Source: Eubacteriales bacterium (GTDB lineage: Bacteria > Bacillota > Clostridia > Oscillospirales > SIG627). From it: 64,000 nt of DNA. The number at the start of each line of letters is the position of its first letter. Position 1 is the first letter of the stretch. The DNA lies in the NCBI GenBank assembly GCA_045536965.1, contig JAZSON010000012.1:211889-275888 (forward strand), given 5' to 3'. The notes beneath the pieces are model-generated. The model worked only from the letters and a program-made list of their open reading frames with translations, did not search any database and was not told the DNA's origin. Shown in pieces: positions 28,777 to 36,340 of the stretch. A program made the position numbers and the translations under genes.

Positions 28777-30813
28777 ATGAAAAAATGGTGGGAAAATCAA
28801 CCCTTGACCATCTGCGCCGTGCAATGCAATCTCGGCGATGATGACTTTTGGGTTTTGGATGAATATGTTGGGAAATACGGCTTTAACACCGAGCAATGTC
28901 TGCACCTTTTTACCCGCGGGCATTTTGCCACCTATTCGGAAGAGAAGCACGCCGAAAAATTAGATCAATATTTAGCGCGCGCCCACGAAAAAGGTCTCAA
29001 ACAGATCTGTTATTACAACACGCACTGCCTTGAGGAAGCACACGCCCTGAAACATCCCGAATGGATCCAACGCATCAAAGACGGTTCTCCCTTGAAAGCC
29101 TATGGCGTGGGACAAATGGTTTGTGTAAATCCCAACGGAAGCTGGCACAAACAGTATATTAAAAACATTCGCGCGCTGTGCAGCCACGATATCGACGGTA
29201 TTTTCCTCGACGGCCCCGTCATGCGAGAGGTCGGCTGTTATTGCGAGGTTTGTAAACGAGATTTTCTGGAGCGTTTCGGCCATCCCATCGAAGAAGCGAC
29301 CCGTCTTGAACTCCAAACCATGCGGGTAGACAATGTCACCCGCCACATTCAGGAAACCAAAGAAGTAGTGGACGCATCGGGAAAAGACATTCTTTTATAT
29401 ATGAACAACTCGGCTCTCCGCGCCGATATTACGGGAAGCAATACCCGCAGGGTTGCACCCTATGTTGATATGCTCGGCGCAGAAGGTGGATTTTACCGCC
29501 CCACCCAAGGTGTAGCAACCTGGGCAATCACCGTCAAAAGCAAATTGCTTGAATCCATCGCAAACGGAAAACCTGTGGTCAACTTCTTTGCAGGCAACGA
29601 ATCGGGCACCGCTTACTACATGCATACTGCGGCCGAAACCGTCATGACCTACGCCACCAGTTATGCCAACGGCGCCAATGTATGGTACGGTATCCACGGT
29701 TCTCCCTCCATGTTCAAGGACAGCGATGGAGCCAAGGCCGCCAAAGCCATGAATAAGTTTATCTTGTCTCACACCGATTTATATCGCGCCTCAACCTCTA
29801 CCGCCAAAGTTGCTTTAATGTGGAGTCAGGATACCGCTAACAACTACGGTTCCGGCTATGATGCCACCGATTTTACCGAAAAACAGGTAGTCACCGCCCG
29901 CGATAAAGGAGACCACTACGGCGAATTGATTGCATTTGCCGATATGCTCATCCATAACCACGTTCAATTTGATGTCATTGACGATACCAATGTCGTCCAC
30001 GACGAAATCCAAAAATACGATGTGATCATTTTACCGAACACCTCGTGTATGTCCGAAGAAACAGCCCGAAAATTGGACGCTTTCGTACAAAAAGGCGGCA
30101 CCTTGGTTGCCACTTACGATTCGGCTTGTTTTGATGAGAAGGGCGTTTGGCTCAAAGAGGCCCGTTTGGCGAAAACCTTTGGCCTTACAGGGACACCTAC
30201 CCTCCAAACCTCACCCACCATCGGATATATGAAGGCAAACGGAAAAAATGAATTAAACAAAAACATTTCCGCTCCTTTTCTTCCCAATCCTCGTCTGAAT
30301 CTTGCTTGGTCGCTGGCCGAAGGTTCGGTTCCCCTTTTCGACTCTTACGCTCCCTTGCCGGGGCCCTATGTCAACTTGCCTGACAAAACCTATCCCGGCA
30401 TCGTTTTAAATCGTCGCGGGAAAGGCCGCGCATACTATTTTGCAGGCAATTTCGCCGACTTTGTTGCCAAAACATTCCCAACTGCCGACTATGCCAAAAT
30501 CATAAATAACCTCGTTTTGAGCGCTTCCAAGTCGGTCGTCACTGTGGATACTTCGGGACTTGTGGAAGCGGTTCTGCGCCGCATCGACGATCGATATGTG
30601 CTGCATCTTGTCAACAAAACGGGCGCTATGACACGCCCCATCACCGAAATCACCCCGCTTTACAACCTCAAAATTACCTTAAATCTTCCTGCCGCCGTCA
30701 ACAAAATCAAACCTGTGCGCGGGGGGAAAATATCCAAGCTTGTTCAAAAGGGCAAAAAGGTTTCCTTTACGCTGGATAAGCTGGATGCCTACGAGGTCAT
30801 GGATATTCGCTGA
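28777..30813 (+). CDS. Putative glycoside hydrolase: GHL6-like TIM barrel plus GH42-type beta-galactosidase trimerisation (GATase1-like) domain
   Basis: Start at ATG 28777 (GGAGG 6 nt upstream). The N-terminal half (GLKQICYYNTHC, DGIFLDGPVM, CYCEVCKRDF) resembles the hypothetical glycosyl hydrolase-like 6 family. KYDVIILPNTSCMSEETARKLDAFVQKGGTLVATYDS resembles the GH42 middle domain. Family assignment is from memory of these patterns. Confidence 0.5.
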   Translation: MKKWWENQPLTICAVQCNLGDDDFWVLDEYVGKYGFNTEQCLHLFTRGHFATYSEEKHAEKLDQYLARAHEKGLKQICYYNTHCLEEAHALKHPEWIQRIKDGSPLKAYGVGQMVCVNPNGSWHKQYIKNIRALCSHDIDGIFLDGPVMREVGCYCEVCKRDFLERFGHPIEEATRLELQTMRVDNVTRHIQETKEVVDASGKDILLYMNNSALRADITGSNTRRVAPYVDMLGAEGGFYRPTQGVATWAITVKSKLLESIANGKPVVNFFAGNESGTAYYMHTAAETVMTYATSYANGANVWYGIHGSPSMFKDSDGAKAAKAMNKFILSHTDLYRASTSTAKVALMWSQDTANNYGSGYDATDFTEKQVVTARDKGDHYGELIAFADMLIHNHVQFDVIDDTNVVHDEIQKYDVIILPNTSCMSEETARKLDAFVQKGGTLVATYDSACFDEKGVWLKEARLAKTFGLTGTPTLQTSPTIGYMKANGKNELNKNISAPFLPNPRLNLAWSLAEGSVPLFDSYAPLPGPYVNLPDKTYPGIVLNRRGKGRAYYFAGNFADFVAKTFPTADYAKIINNLVLSASKSVVTVDTSGLVEAVLRRIDDRYVLHLVNKTGAMTRPITEITPLYNLKITLNLPAAVNKIKPVRGGKISKLVQKGKKVSFTLDKLDAYEVMDIR

Positions 30814-30822
30814 ATACAAACG

Positions 30823-30854
30823 AAAGCGCTCCCTTAACAGGGGGTGCTTTTGAA
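30823..30854 (+). terminator. Rho-independent terminator after the GH-like gene
   Basis: aaagcgctccc / gggggtgcttt stem (two G-U pairs as RNA) followed by TTTTG; 10 nt after the stop. Confidence 0.55.
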
Positions 30855-30949
30855 CTTTTACGAAAAGCACGGCAAAGACGTGCATGTCATCAAGACGAAA
30901 GCAAAATGCAGCCTACGGCTGATGATATACCAAGCCTTGCGGCTTGGAT

Positions 30950-30992
30950 AAAAAAGAAGGAACTTTTGATAAACAAAAGTTCCTTCTTTTTT
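30950..30992. terminator. Free-standing bidirectional terminator-like hairpin
   Basis: aaaaagaaggaacttttg / caaaagttccttcttttt with a 5-nt loop, flanked by an A-run and a T-run; not adjacent to any gene end. Confidence 0.5.
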
Positions 30993-31019
30993 GAAGACTA
31001 ACCCTAATTTTAATACAAA

Positions 31020-31048
31020 TGCACCCCCTTTTGAGATAAGGGGGTGCA
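31020..31048 (-). terminator. Terminator of the DUF262 nuclease gene
   Basis: tgcaccccctt / aagggggtgca 11-bp stem with a 7-nt loop; on the minus strand it lies 29 nt after the stop and is followed by TTTGTATT. Confidence 0.55.
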
Positions 31049-31050
31049 AA

Positions 31051-31060
31051 GTCATTTTAG
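31051..31060 (+). repeat. Left copy of the 10-bp direct repeat GTCATTTTAG
   Basis: Identical 10-mer at 32876-32885 in the same orientation; the two copies bracket the DUF262 gene, its promoter and the upstream repeat array. Confidence 0.6.
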
Positions 31061-31076
31061 GGGGTGCATGCGATAT

Positions 31077-32708
31077 TTAATCCTCGTCAATAATGTCTTT
31101 CTCGGTCAACATCATTTCGGCTTTTAATGTGTTAACAATCACTTCCACCCTTTTCTTGAAGAAAATGGGGTAATTGTTATCCCAAACGCCAAACTCATCT
31201 AAATCACCAATAAGATGCGTTTTCATCGTATTAATTATTTCAGGATTAGAGTTATAATAAACCCCCATATATTCTTCAGGAGCTTTGGCTTTAATCTCAC
31301 CTTTATTCAAATAACTATCAACAATTGTAATATTAGCAATATGATTCACCATGTTTTCTTGTATCATGGGTTGTTCTTTCTTCATATATGCTCTTGGAAA
31401 AAAGTGATGATAGTTTTTACTGTTGCTCTGACTAAGCCAATCGTTGTCAATAACTAATGTGTTGTTATTCTTGAAGGATCTAGGAGACCTTGAAACTAAC
31501 AAGCAAAGTAGACCCTTAATCATAGCGTTACCCATTGAGAAGATGCCATTGCGCTCAATAAAATCTGTGGTTACCTCCACTCCTTGTTCATACACCGGAG
31601 TTTTTCCGTTTAAGATAACATCCATTACATGCGTACAATCTTGGGCAATTTTGCTTTCTAAACCATCCGAAAAACGATTGCTGATGGCACAACGCCAAAA
31701 GTAATCCTTTAAATATCGATTCTCCATATCTGTTGGCGCATTAGGATGTTTGTAGAAATAATATACATACGGAACAATTAAACCATCATATGGTATGAGT
31801 TTAGAAGCTTTAACCCCTAATGCACTCTTTAAATAATCAATTGCTCTATCAAAAGCATCGTCAATATTGGGCCAAACACTAATAAAATCTTGCTTTGCAA
31901 TTTGATTGAGAATTTGTTTTTTGCCACAAGAACCAGTGAGGCAAACCGAAATTGCTTGCAAGACAGAGGAATGAGGAATTGTTGAATATTCTGCTTCCTC
32001 CCACTTTAAGAGCTGTTCTTCTCTTTTTTCATATAGATCAAAGTTTTGCTGTTCATCATATGTTTTTGCGCACATGATTTCAAAAATGTCCAAGCTCTTA
32101 CCAGTAATATTAATTCTAGTGAATATATCTGTAGCTACATCGAGATCTGCATCCGTTATCTCAATTGTAGGGAACTCATAAGTTTGAAAACTTTTTTGGT
32201 ATTTGGATATTTTAGTGATTAGATCAGGATGGCTAGAGAATTTATTATAAATAATAAACGGATCTCCTGTCACTAATTCACTAACAGTAATGTACTCTAG
32301 CGGATCACGATCAGCAACATCCATTATAATTAACTGTTGGTCCTCCGGTGCAACCAGGTCGACATATAATTGAGAGTAATCATCCTTGTTCACCTTAAGA
32401 CCACATATACTGACATAGATGCTAGTGACACGTTGTTGACCATCTAAAACATAATAAACAGATTCGCCCGATTTGGCAGATGGCAAATCTAAGTTTCCAA
32501 TCTTTTTAACAGAGCGTAATCTAGACTTTGTTTCCCAAAGAATAAACGAACCGATAGGATATCCTTTTAGAATACTATCCAAAAGTTTAGCGGCATCTGC
32601 TTTCTTCCAAACAAAATTTCTCTGAAATTGAGGAATAAGAATGTTTCCATTCTCGATTTTGGATTTCAATGAATCATATCTTAAATGAGATGGCTTAGAT
32701 TGTAACAT
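31077..32708 (-). CDS. DUF262 (ParB/Srx-fold NTPase-like) plus C-terminal His-Me-finger (DUF1524-like) protein; GmrSD-family type IV restriction enzyme candidate
   Basis: ORF track 31077..32747. Start moved to ATG 32708 (GGAGG 8 nt upstream). N-terminal hallmarks IPQFQRNFVW, GYPIGSFILWE and VLDGQQRVTSIY. C-terminal NYHHFFPRAYM..NHIANITIVDSYLNKGEIKAKAP is an H..P...N...N nuclease-type motif. Confidence 0.75.
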   Translation of the reverse strand: MLQSKPSHLRYDSLKSKIENGNILIPQFQRNFVWKKADAAKLLDSILKGYPIGSFILWETKSRLRSVKKIGNLDLPSAKSGESVYYVLDGQQRVTSIYVSICGLKVNKDDYSQLYVDLVAPEDQQLIIMDVADRDPLEYITVSELVTGDPFIIYNKFSSHPDLITKISKYQKSFQTYEFPTIEITDADLDVATDIFTRINITGKSLDIFEIMCAKTYDEQQNFDLYEKREEQLLKWEEAEYSTIPHSSVLQAISVCLTGSCGKKQILNQIAKQDFISVWPNIDDAFDRAIDYLKSALGVKASKLIPYDGLIVPYVYYFYKHPNAPTDMENRYLKDYFWRCAISNRFSDGLESKIAQDCTHVMDVILNGKTPVYEQGVEVTTDFIERNGIFSMGNAMIKGLLCLLVSRSPRSFKNNNTLVIDNDWLSQSNSKNYHHFFPRAYMKKEQPMIQENMVNHIANITIVDSYLNKGEIKAKAPEEYMGVYYNSNPEIINTMKTHLIGDLDEFGVWDNNYPIFFKKRVEVIVNTLKAEMMLTEKDIIDED

Positions 32709-32737
32709 CTGTTGTACCTCCATAAGTTGTTTTTTTA

Positions 32738-32766
32738 ATTGTAACACATTCGATGCACAATTTCAA
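32738..32766 (-). promoter_or_regulatory. Promoter candidate of the DUF262 gene
   Basis: Minus strand reads TTGAAA, 17-nt spacer, TACAAT; about 30 nt upstream of ATG 32708. Confidence 0.55.
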
Positions 32767-32767
32767 T

Positions 32768-32861
32768 AAATTAACGTTTATCGGCAATAATTCAACGATT
32801 ACCCCTGTAAATCAACGATTATGGTTATAATTTAACGATTATCTGTGTTTTAACGATTTGA
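32768..32861 (+). repeat. Array of five phased direct repeats, consensus AAWTYAACGATTAT
   Basis: Cores: AACGTTT at 32773-32779, and AACGATT at 32794-32800, 32814-32820, 32834-32840 and 32852-32858. Spacings are 21, 20, 20 and 18 bp. The array lies immediately upstream of the -35 element of the DUF262 gene. Confidence 0.8.
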
Positions 32862-32875
32862 AATGGAATTAAATT

Positions 32876-32885
32876 GTCATTTTAG
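32876..32885 (+). repeat. Right copy of the 10-bp direct repeat GTCATTTTAG
   Basis: Identical to 31051-31060; 41 nt from the tRNA-Ser terminator. Confidence 0.6.
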
Positions 32886-32925
32886 AGATTTCTCTCCCAA
32901 AAAGTTCTCTAAATACTGATTTTGG

Positions 32926-32970
32926 GTATAAAATAACCGTCATTCCGTTGTATCAGAATGACGGTTATTC
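32926..32970 (-). terminator. Terminator of tRNA-Ser
   Basis: Perfect 14-bp stem aataaccgtcattc / gaatgacggttatt with a 10-nt loop, directly after the tRNA 3' end, followed on the minus strand by TTTTAT. Confidence 0.7.
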
Positions 32971-32972
32971 TT

Positions 32973-33064
32973 TGGCGGAAAGAGGGAGATTCGAACTCCC
33001 GGAACGCTATCAACGTTCACACGATTTCCAGTCGTGCGCCTTAGACCAGCTCAGCCATCTTTCC
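32973..33064 (-). tRNA. tRNA-Ser, anticodon GGA, with encoded CCA
   Basis: Reverse complement is GGAAAGATGGCTGAGCTGGTCTAAGGCGCACGACTGGAAATCGTGTGAACGTTGATAGCGTTCCGGGAGTTCGAATCTCCCTCTTTCCGCCA. Acceptor stem GGAAAGA/TCTTTCC; anticodon stem CACGA/TCGTG with loop CTGGAAA; long variable arm (class II); T-arm GGGAG TTCGAAT CTCCC. Confidence 0.9.
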
Positions 33065-33098
33065 ATCGGCTTATCTCCCGAAGAATCGGTGCTCGTGT

Positions 33099-33128
33099 AT
33101 TATACAACACAAACGAAAGGAAAGTCAA
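33099..33128 (-). promoter_or_regulatory. Promoter candidate for tRNA-Ser
   Basis: Minus strand reads TTGACT, 18-nt spacer, TATAAT; the -10 element ends 34 nt upstream of the mature tRNA 5' end. Confidence 0.55.
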
Positions 33129-33169
33129 GGGATTTTTTGAAAAAAAACACAGAATATACAAAAAACCGT

Positions 33170-33198
33170 TTGCTTTGCAGGCAAAGATATGATATACT
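33170..33198 (+). promoter_or_regulatory. Promoter candidate for hisS-aspS
   Basis: TTGCTT, 17-nt spacer, TATACT; about 80 nt upstream of the hisS ATG. Confidence 0.5.
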
Positions 33199-33279
33199 TT
33201 ATTTTGTATCCGTATATTATAGGTTATTTTGCGCTATTTTGCGATTTTTATATCAGTTTAGCGGGAAGGAAAGATTTTT

Positions 33280-34551
33280 ATGCTACAAAAACCACGAGGC
33301 ACAACCGATATTTTACCGGGAGAATCCGAGCTTTGGCAGGAAACAGAGGACATTTTAAGAAAAACAGCTTCTTTGTACGGCTTTTCCGAAGTACGCCTGC
33401 CCACCTTTGAGGTTTCCGAGCTTTATCAGCGCGGTGTCGGAGAAACAAGCGACGTTGTGCAAAAAGAAATGTATACCTTCGTAGACAACGATCGCCGCAG
33501 TATGACCCTGCGCCCCGAAGGAACCGCCGGCGTTGTACGTTGTGTGATTGAAAACTCTCTGGCATCGGGCGCTTTGCCGCTTGCTCTCTCTTACTTTGTC
33601 AACTGCTTCCGTTATGAAAAACCCGAATCGGGCAGATTCCGCGAATTTTCCCAGTTTGGTGTTGAACTGTTTGGTGCAGATGCACCCGTTGCCGATGCTA
33701 ACGTCATCATGCTGGGACGGGATATGTTCCGCAATCTCGGTATTAAACAAATCTCCTTGCAGATCAACTCCATCGGCTGCCGCTCCTGCAGACCCGCCTA
33801 TCGCGAGGCCTTGCGTTCTTATTTTGCGCAGTACACTGATCAGTTATGCGAAACTTGTTTGGGACGTCTCAACACCAATCCGCTCCGCATCGTTGATTGC
33901 AAGAGCGAAATCTGTTCCAAAATTGCCGAAAATGCCCCCAAAACCATCGATCACCTCTGTCCTGACTGCCGCGCCCATTTTGATGCGGTCAAAGCATGTC
34001 TGGATGCCGCAGGGGTAGATTATACCGTCAATACCCATATTGTACGCGGACTGGACTATTATCAAAGAACCGTTTTCGAATTTGTATCCACCAATGACAG
34101 TTTCCGTTCGACGCTGTGCGGCGGTGGACGCTATGACGGATTGGTGGAAGAACTCGACGGACCTCCCGTTTCGGGTATCGGTTTTGCCACCGGTATCAAT
34201 CGCTTGATCATGGCCATGAAAGCCGAAGGCAAACAACCGTATGAAGCCGATGCACCTGTGATTTACATTGCTTCTTTGGGTGCCGAAGCGCAAAAATACG
34301 CCTTTACCCTTGCTGCTGCGCTCCGTGAAAAAAATCTCTACGCTGCATTTGATCAAACCGGCCGCAGCTTAAAGGCACAGATGAAATACGCCGACAAAAA
34401 ACACGCGGCTTTCACTTTGATCGTCGGTGACGGCGAGCTGGAGCAGGGACAGGCAACTCTGAAAAATATGAGCGACGGTACACAGCAGTCGGTATCGCTC
34501 CATGATTTTGATAACATTGCCGCACTCATCGGAAAGGAAAAGGATCTTTAA
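33280..34551 (+). CDS. hisS: Histidine--tRNA ligase
   Basis: ORF track, 423 aa. KPRGTTDILP, class II motif 2 region FRYEKPESGRFREFSQFGVE, and motif 3 CGGGRYDGL. Confidence 0.95.
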   Translation: MLQKPRGTTDILPGESELWQETEDILRKTASLYGFSEVRLPTFEVSELYQRGVGETSDVVQKEMYTFVDNDRRSMTLRPEGTAGVVRCVIENSLASGALPLALSYFVNCFRYEKPESGRFREFSQFGVELFGADAPVADANVIMLGRDMFRNLGIKQISLQINSIGCRSCRPAYREALRSYFAQYTDQLCETCLGRLNTNPLRIVDCKSEICSKIAENAPKTIDHLCPDCRAHFDAVKACLDAAGVDYTVNTHIVRGLDYYQRTVFEFVSTNDSFRSTLCGGGRYDGLVEELDGPPVSGIGFATGINRLIMAMKAEGKQPYEADAPVIYIASLGAEAQKYAFTLAAALREKNLYAAFDQTGRSLKAQMKYADKKHAAFTLIVGDGELEQGQATLKNMSDGTQQSVSLHDFDNIAALIGKEKDL

Positions 34552-34552
34552 T

Positions 34553-36313
34553 ATGGAAAGAACACATTATTGCGCCGCTTTACGAGAAGAAGATATCGGA
34601 AAAAGAGTTTGTGTCTGCGGTTGGGTTCAACGGCAGAGAAATTTAGGCAGTCTCATTTTTATTGACCTGCGCGACCGCACGGGTATCATTCAGCTCGCCT
34701 TTGACGAGACCTCTGACAGTGCCGTTTTCGCTACCGCTACCGAGGCAAGAAGCGAATTTGTTCTTTGCGCCAAGGGTACCGTCCGCGAGCGTGACAGCAA
34801 GAATCCCGCATTACCCACCGGAAACATTGAGGTTTTCGTTGATTCTTTGAAGATTTTGGGGCGTTCCCAGACCCCTCCCTTTGAAATTGTCGAAAATTCG
34901 GTTGTCAACGAAGAACTTCGTTTGAAATACCGCTATCTCGACCTGCGCCGTCCCGATCTGATGTCCAATCTGCTTCTCCGTCATAAGCTGGTCAAGGTCA
35001 CCCGCGACTATTTTGACGAAAATGGCTTTATTGAAATCGAAACCCCCATCCTCATCAAATCAACACCCGAAGGCGCCCGCGACTATTTGGTCCCCAGCCG
35101 TGTGCATCCCGGTACGTTTTACGCTTTGCCCCAATCGCCGCAGCTTTATAAGCAGCTTTCCATGGTAGCGGGCTTTGACCGCTATATGCAAATCGCTCGC
35201 TGCTTCCGCGACGAAGATCTTCGCGCCGACAGACAGCCGGAATTTACTCAAATTGACCTTGAAATGTCCTTTGTGGATATGGAAGATGTTCTTTCCATGG
35301 TGGAAGGATATATGGCAAGAATTTTCCGCGAAATTCTGCAAGTGGAAATCCCGCTGCCTCTCCCTCGTTTGACCTATAAAGAAGCCATGAATCGTTATGG
35401 CAGCGACAAACCCGACACACGGTATGGGTTGGAAATTCAAGATATTTCCGCGCTCTGCGCTGATTGCGGTTTTGGTGTCTTTACCGACACGATTGCCGCA
35501 GGCGGCAGTGTACGCGCCATTTGTGCCAAGGGCGGCGCCGAAAAAATGAGCCGCAAGGATTTTGATAAACTGACCGAAATGGTGCGCGGTATTGGTGCGA
35601 AGGGTTTGGCTTATGCCAGATGGATGCCCGAAGGCTTAACCTCTTCATTTTCCAAATTCGTCACGCCCGAATGGCTTGAAAAACTGGCCGAAACGGTTGG
35701 CGCTGCACAAGGGGATGCCATCCTCATTCTGTCCGACACCAACAACGGCAAGCTTCTCTCTTATATGGGCGCTTTGCGTACAGAACTGTCGGTACGCTTA
35801 AACGTTGAGAAAAAGGGTTATAATCTCCTTTGGATCGTCGAATTTCCCTTCTTTGAATACGATGAGGAATCGGGCGAATGGCTTGCTATGCACCATCCTT
35901 TCACCGCACCTCTGGACGAATGTCTGCCCTATCTTGAAAGTGATAAAGCCAATGTTCGCGCCAAAGCCTACGATTTGGTCTTCAACGGCATTGAGCTTTC
36001 TTCCGGCTCTATTCGCATCACAGATCCCGAATTGCAAAACAGAATCTTCAATCTACTCGGCCTTTCTGACGAAGAAGCCAAGATCAAATTCGGTTATCTT
36101 CTCGATGCTTTCCGTTACGGTGCTCCTCCGCACGGCGGTATGGGTATCGGGTTGGATCGTCTTTGCATGCAGCTTCTCGGTCTGGACAGCTTGCGGGAAG
36201 TCATCGCTTTCCCGAAGGTACAAAATGCTTCGGAGCTCATGACTGCTTGTCCCGCCACCGTACCGCAAAAAGCGCTGGATGATCTTCACATCGAGATCAC
36301 AAAAAAGGCATAA
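34553..36313 (+). CDS. aspS: Aspartate--tRNA ligase
   Basis: Start moved to ATG 34553 (MERTHYCAALREEDIGKRV), 1 nt after the hisS stop. FRDEDLRADRQPEFTQID and GGMGIGLDRL are class IIb motifs. Confidence 0.95.
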   Translation: MERTHYCAALREEDIGKRVCVCGWVQRQRNLGSLIFIDLRDRTGIIQLAFDETSDSAVFATATEARSEFVLCAKGTVRERDSKNPALPTGNIEVFVDSLKILGRSQTPPFEIVENSVVNEELRLKYRYLDLRRPDLMSNLLLRHKLVKVTRDYFDENGFIEIETPILIKSTPEGARDYLVPSRVHPGTFYALPQSPQLYKQLSMVAGFDRYMQIARCFRDEDLRADRQPEFTQIDLEMSFVDMEDVLSMVEGYMARIFREILQVEIPLPLPRLTYKEAMNRYGSDKPDTRYGLEIQDISALCADCGFGVFTDTIAAGGSVRAICAKGGAEKMSRKDFDKLTEMVRGIGAKGLAYARWMPEGLTSSFSKFVTPEWLEKLAETVGAAQGDAILILSDTNNGKLLSYMGALRTELSVRLNVEKKGYNLLWIVEFPFFEYDEESGEWLAMHHPFTAPLDECLPYLESDKANVRAKAYDLVFNGIELSSGSIRITDPELQNRIFNLLGLSDEEAKIKFGYLLDAFRYGAPPHGGMGIGLDRLCMQLLGLDSLREVIAFPKVQNASELMTACPATVPQKALDDLHIEITKKA

Positions 36314-36340
36314 TAAATTTCGCAAATCTGGAGGAAAATT

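Larger units (their letters stand above)
31051..32885 (-). mobile_element. Putative horizontally acquired single-gene defence cassette, with no recombinase in the window
   Basis: Bounded by the GTCATTTTAG direct repeat. Hand-counted 60-nt lines inside give about 35-37% G+C, against about 45-55% in the neighbouring GH-like gene and hisS. It has its own promoter and its gene's terminator lies just outside the left repeat. It is adjacent to tRNA-Ser. Confidence 0.4.

Noticed and set aside
30858-31055. 65-aa minus-strand ORF, and a 30-aa plus-strand ORF (atgcagcct.. at about 30906), in the hairpin-dense spacer.
   Set aside because: Both run through several terminator stem-loops and lack a Shine-Dalgarno sequence. 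Their sequences are dictated by the palindromes.
31020-31067. Considered whether the hairpin plus flanking repeat could be an integron attC site, making the DUF262 gene an integron cassette.
   Set aside because: There is no intI gene or attI in the window. The boundaries do not show the GTTRRRY core sites. The gene has its own promoter, and the hairpin is adequately explained as its terminator.
30814-33064. Looked for a duplicated tRNA-Ser 3' segment (classical att site of tRNA-targeting integrative elements), and for an integrase.
   Set aside because: There is no copy of the tRNA 3' end at the distal side of the AT-shifted segment and no recombinase ORF. The insertion boundary lies downstream of the tRNA terminator rather than within the tRNA.
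32948-33410. Plus-strand ORFs 32948..33358 (136 aa) and 33189..33410 (73 aa).
   Set aside because: The first reads straight through the antisense of tRNA-Ser and its promoter. The second spans the hisS promoter and start. Neither has a coding-like sequence.
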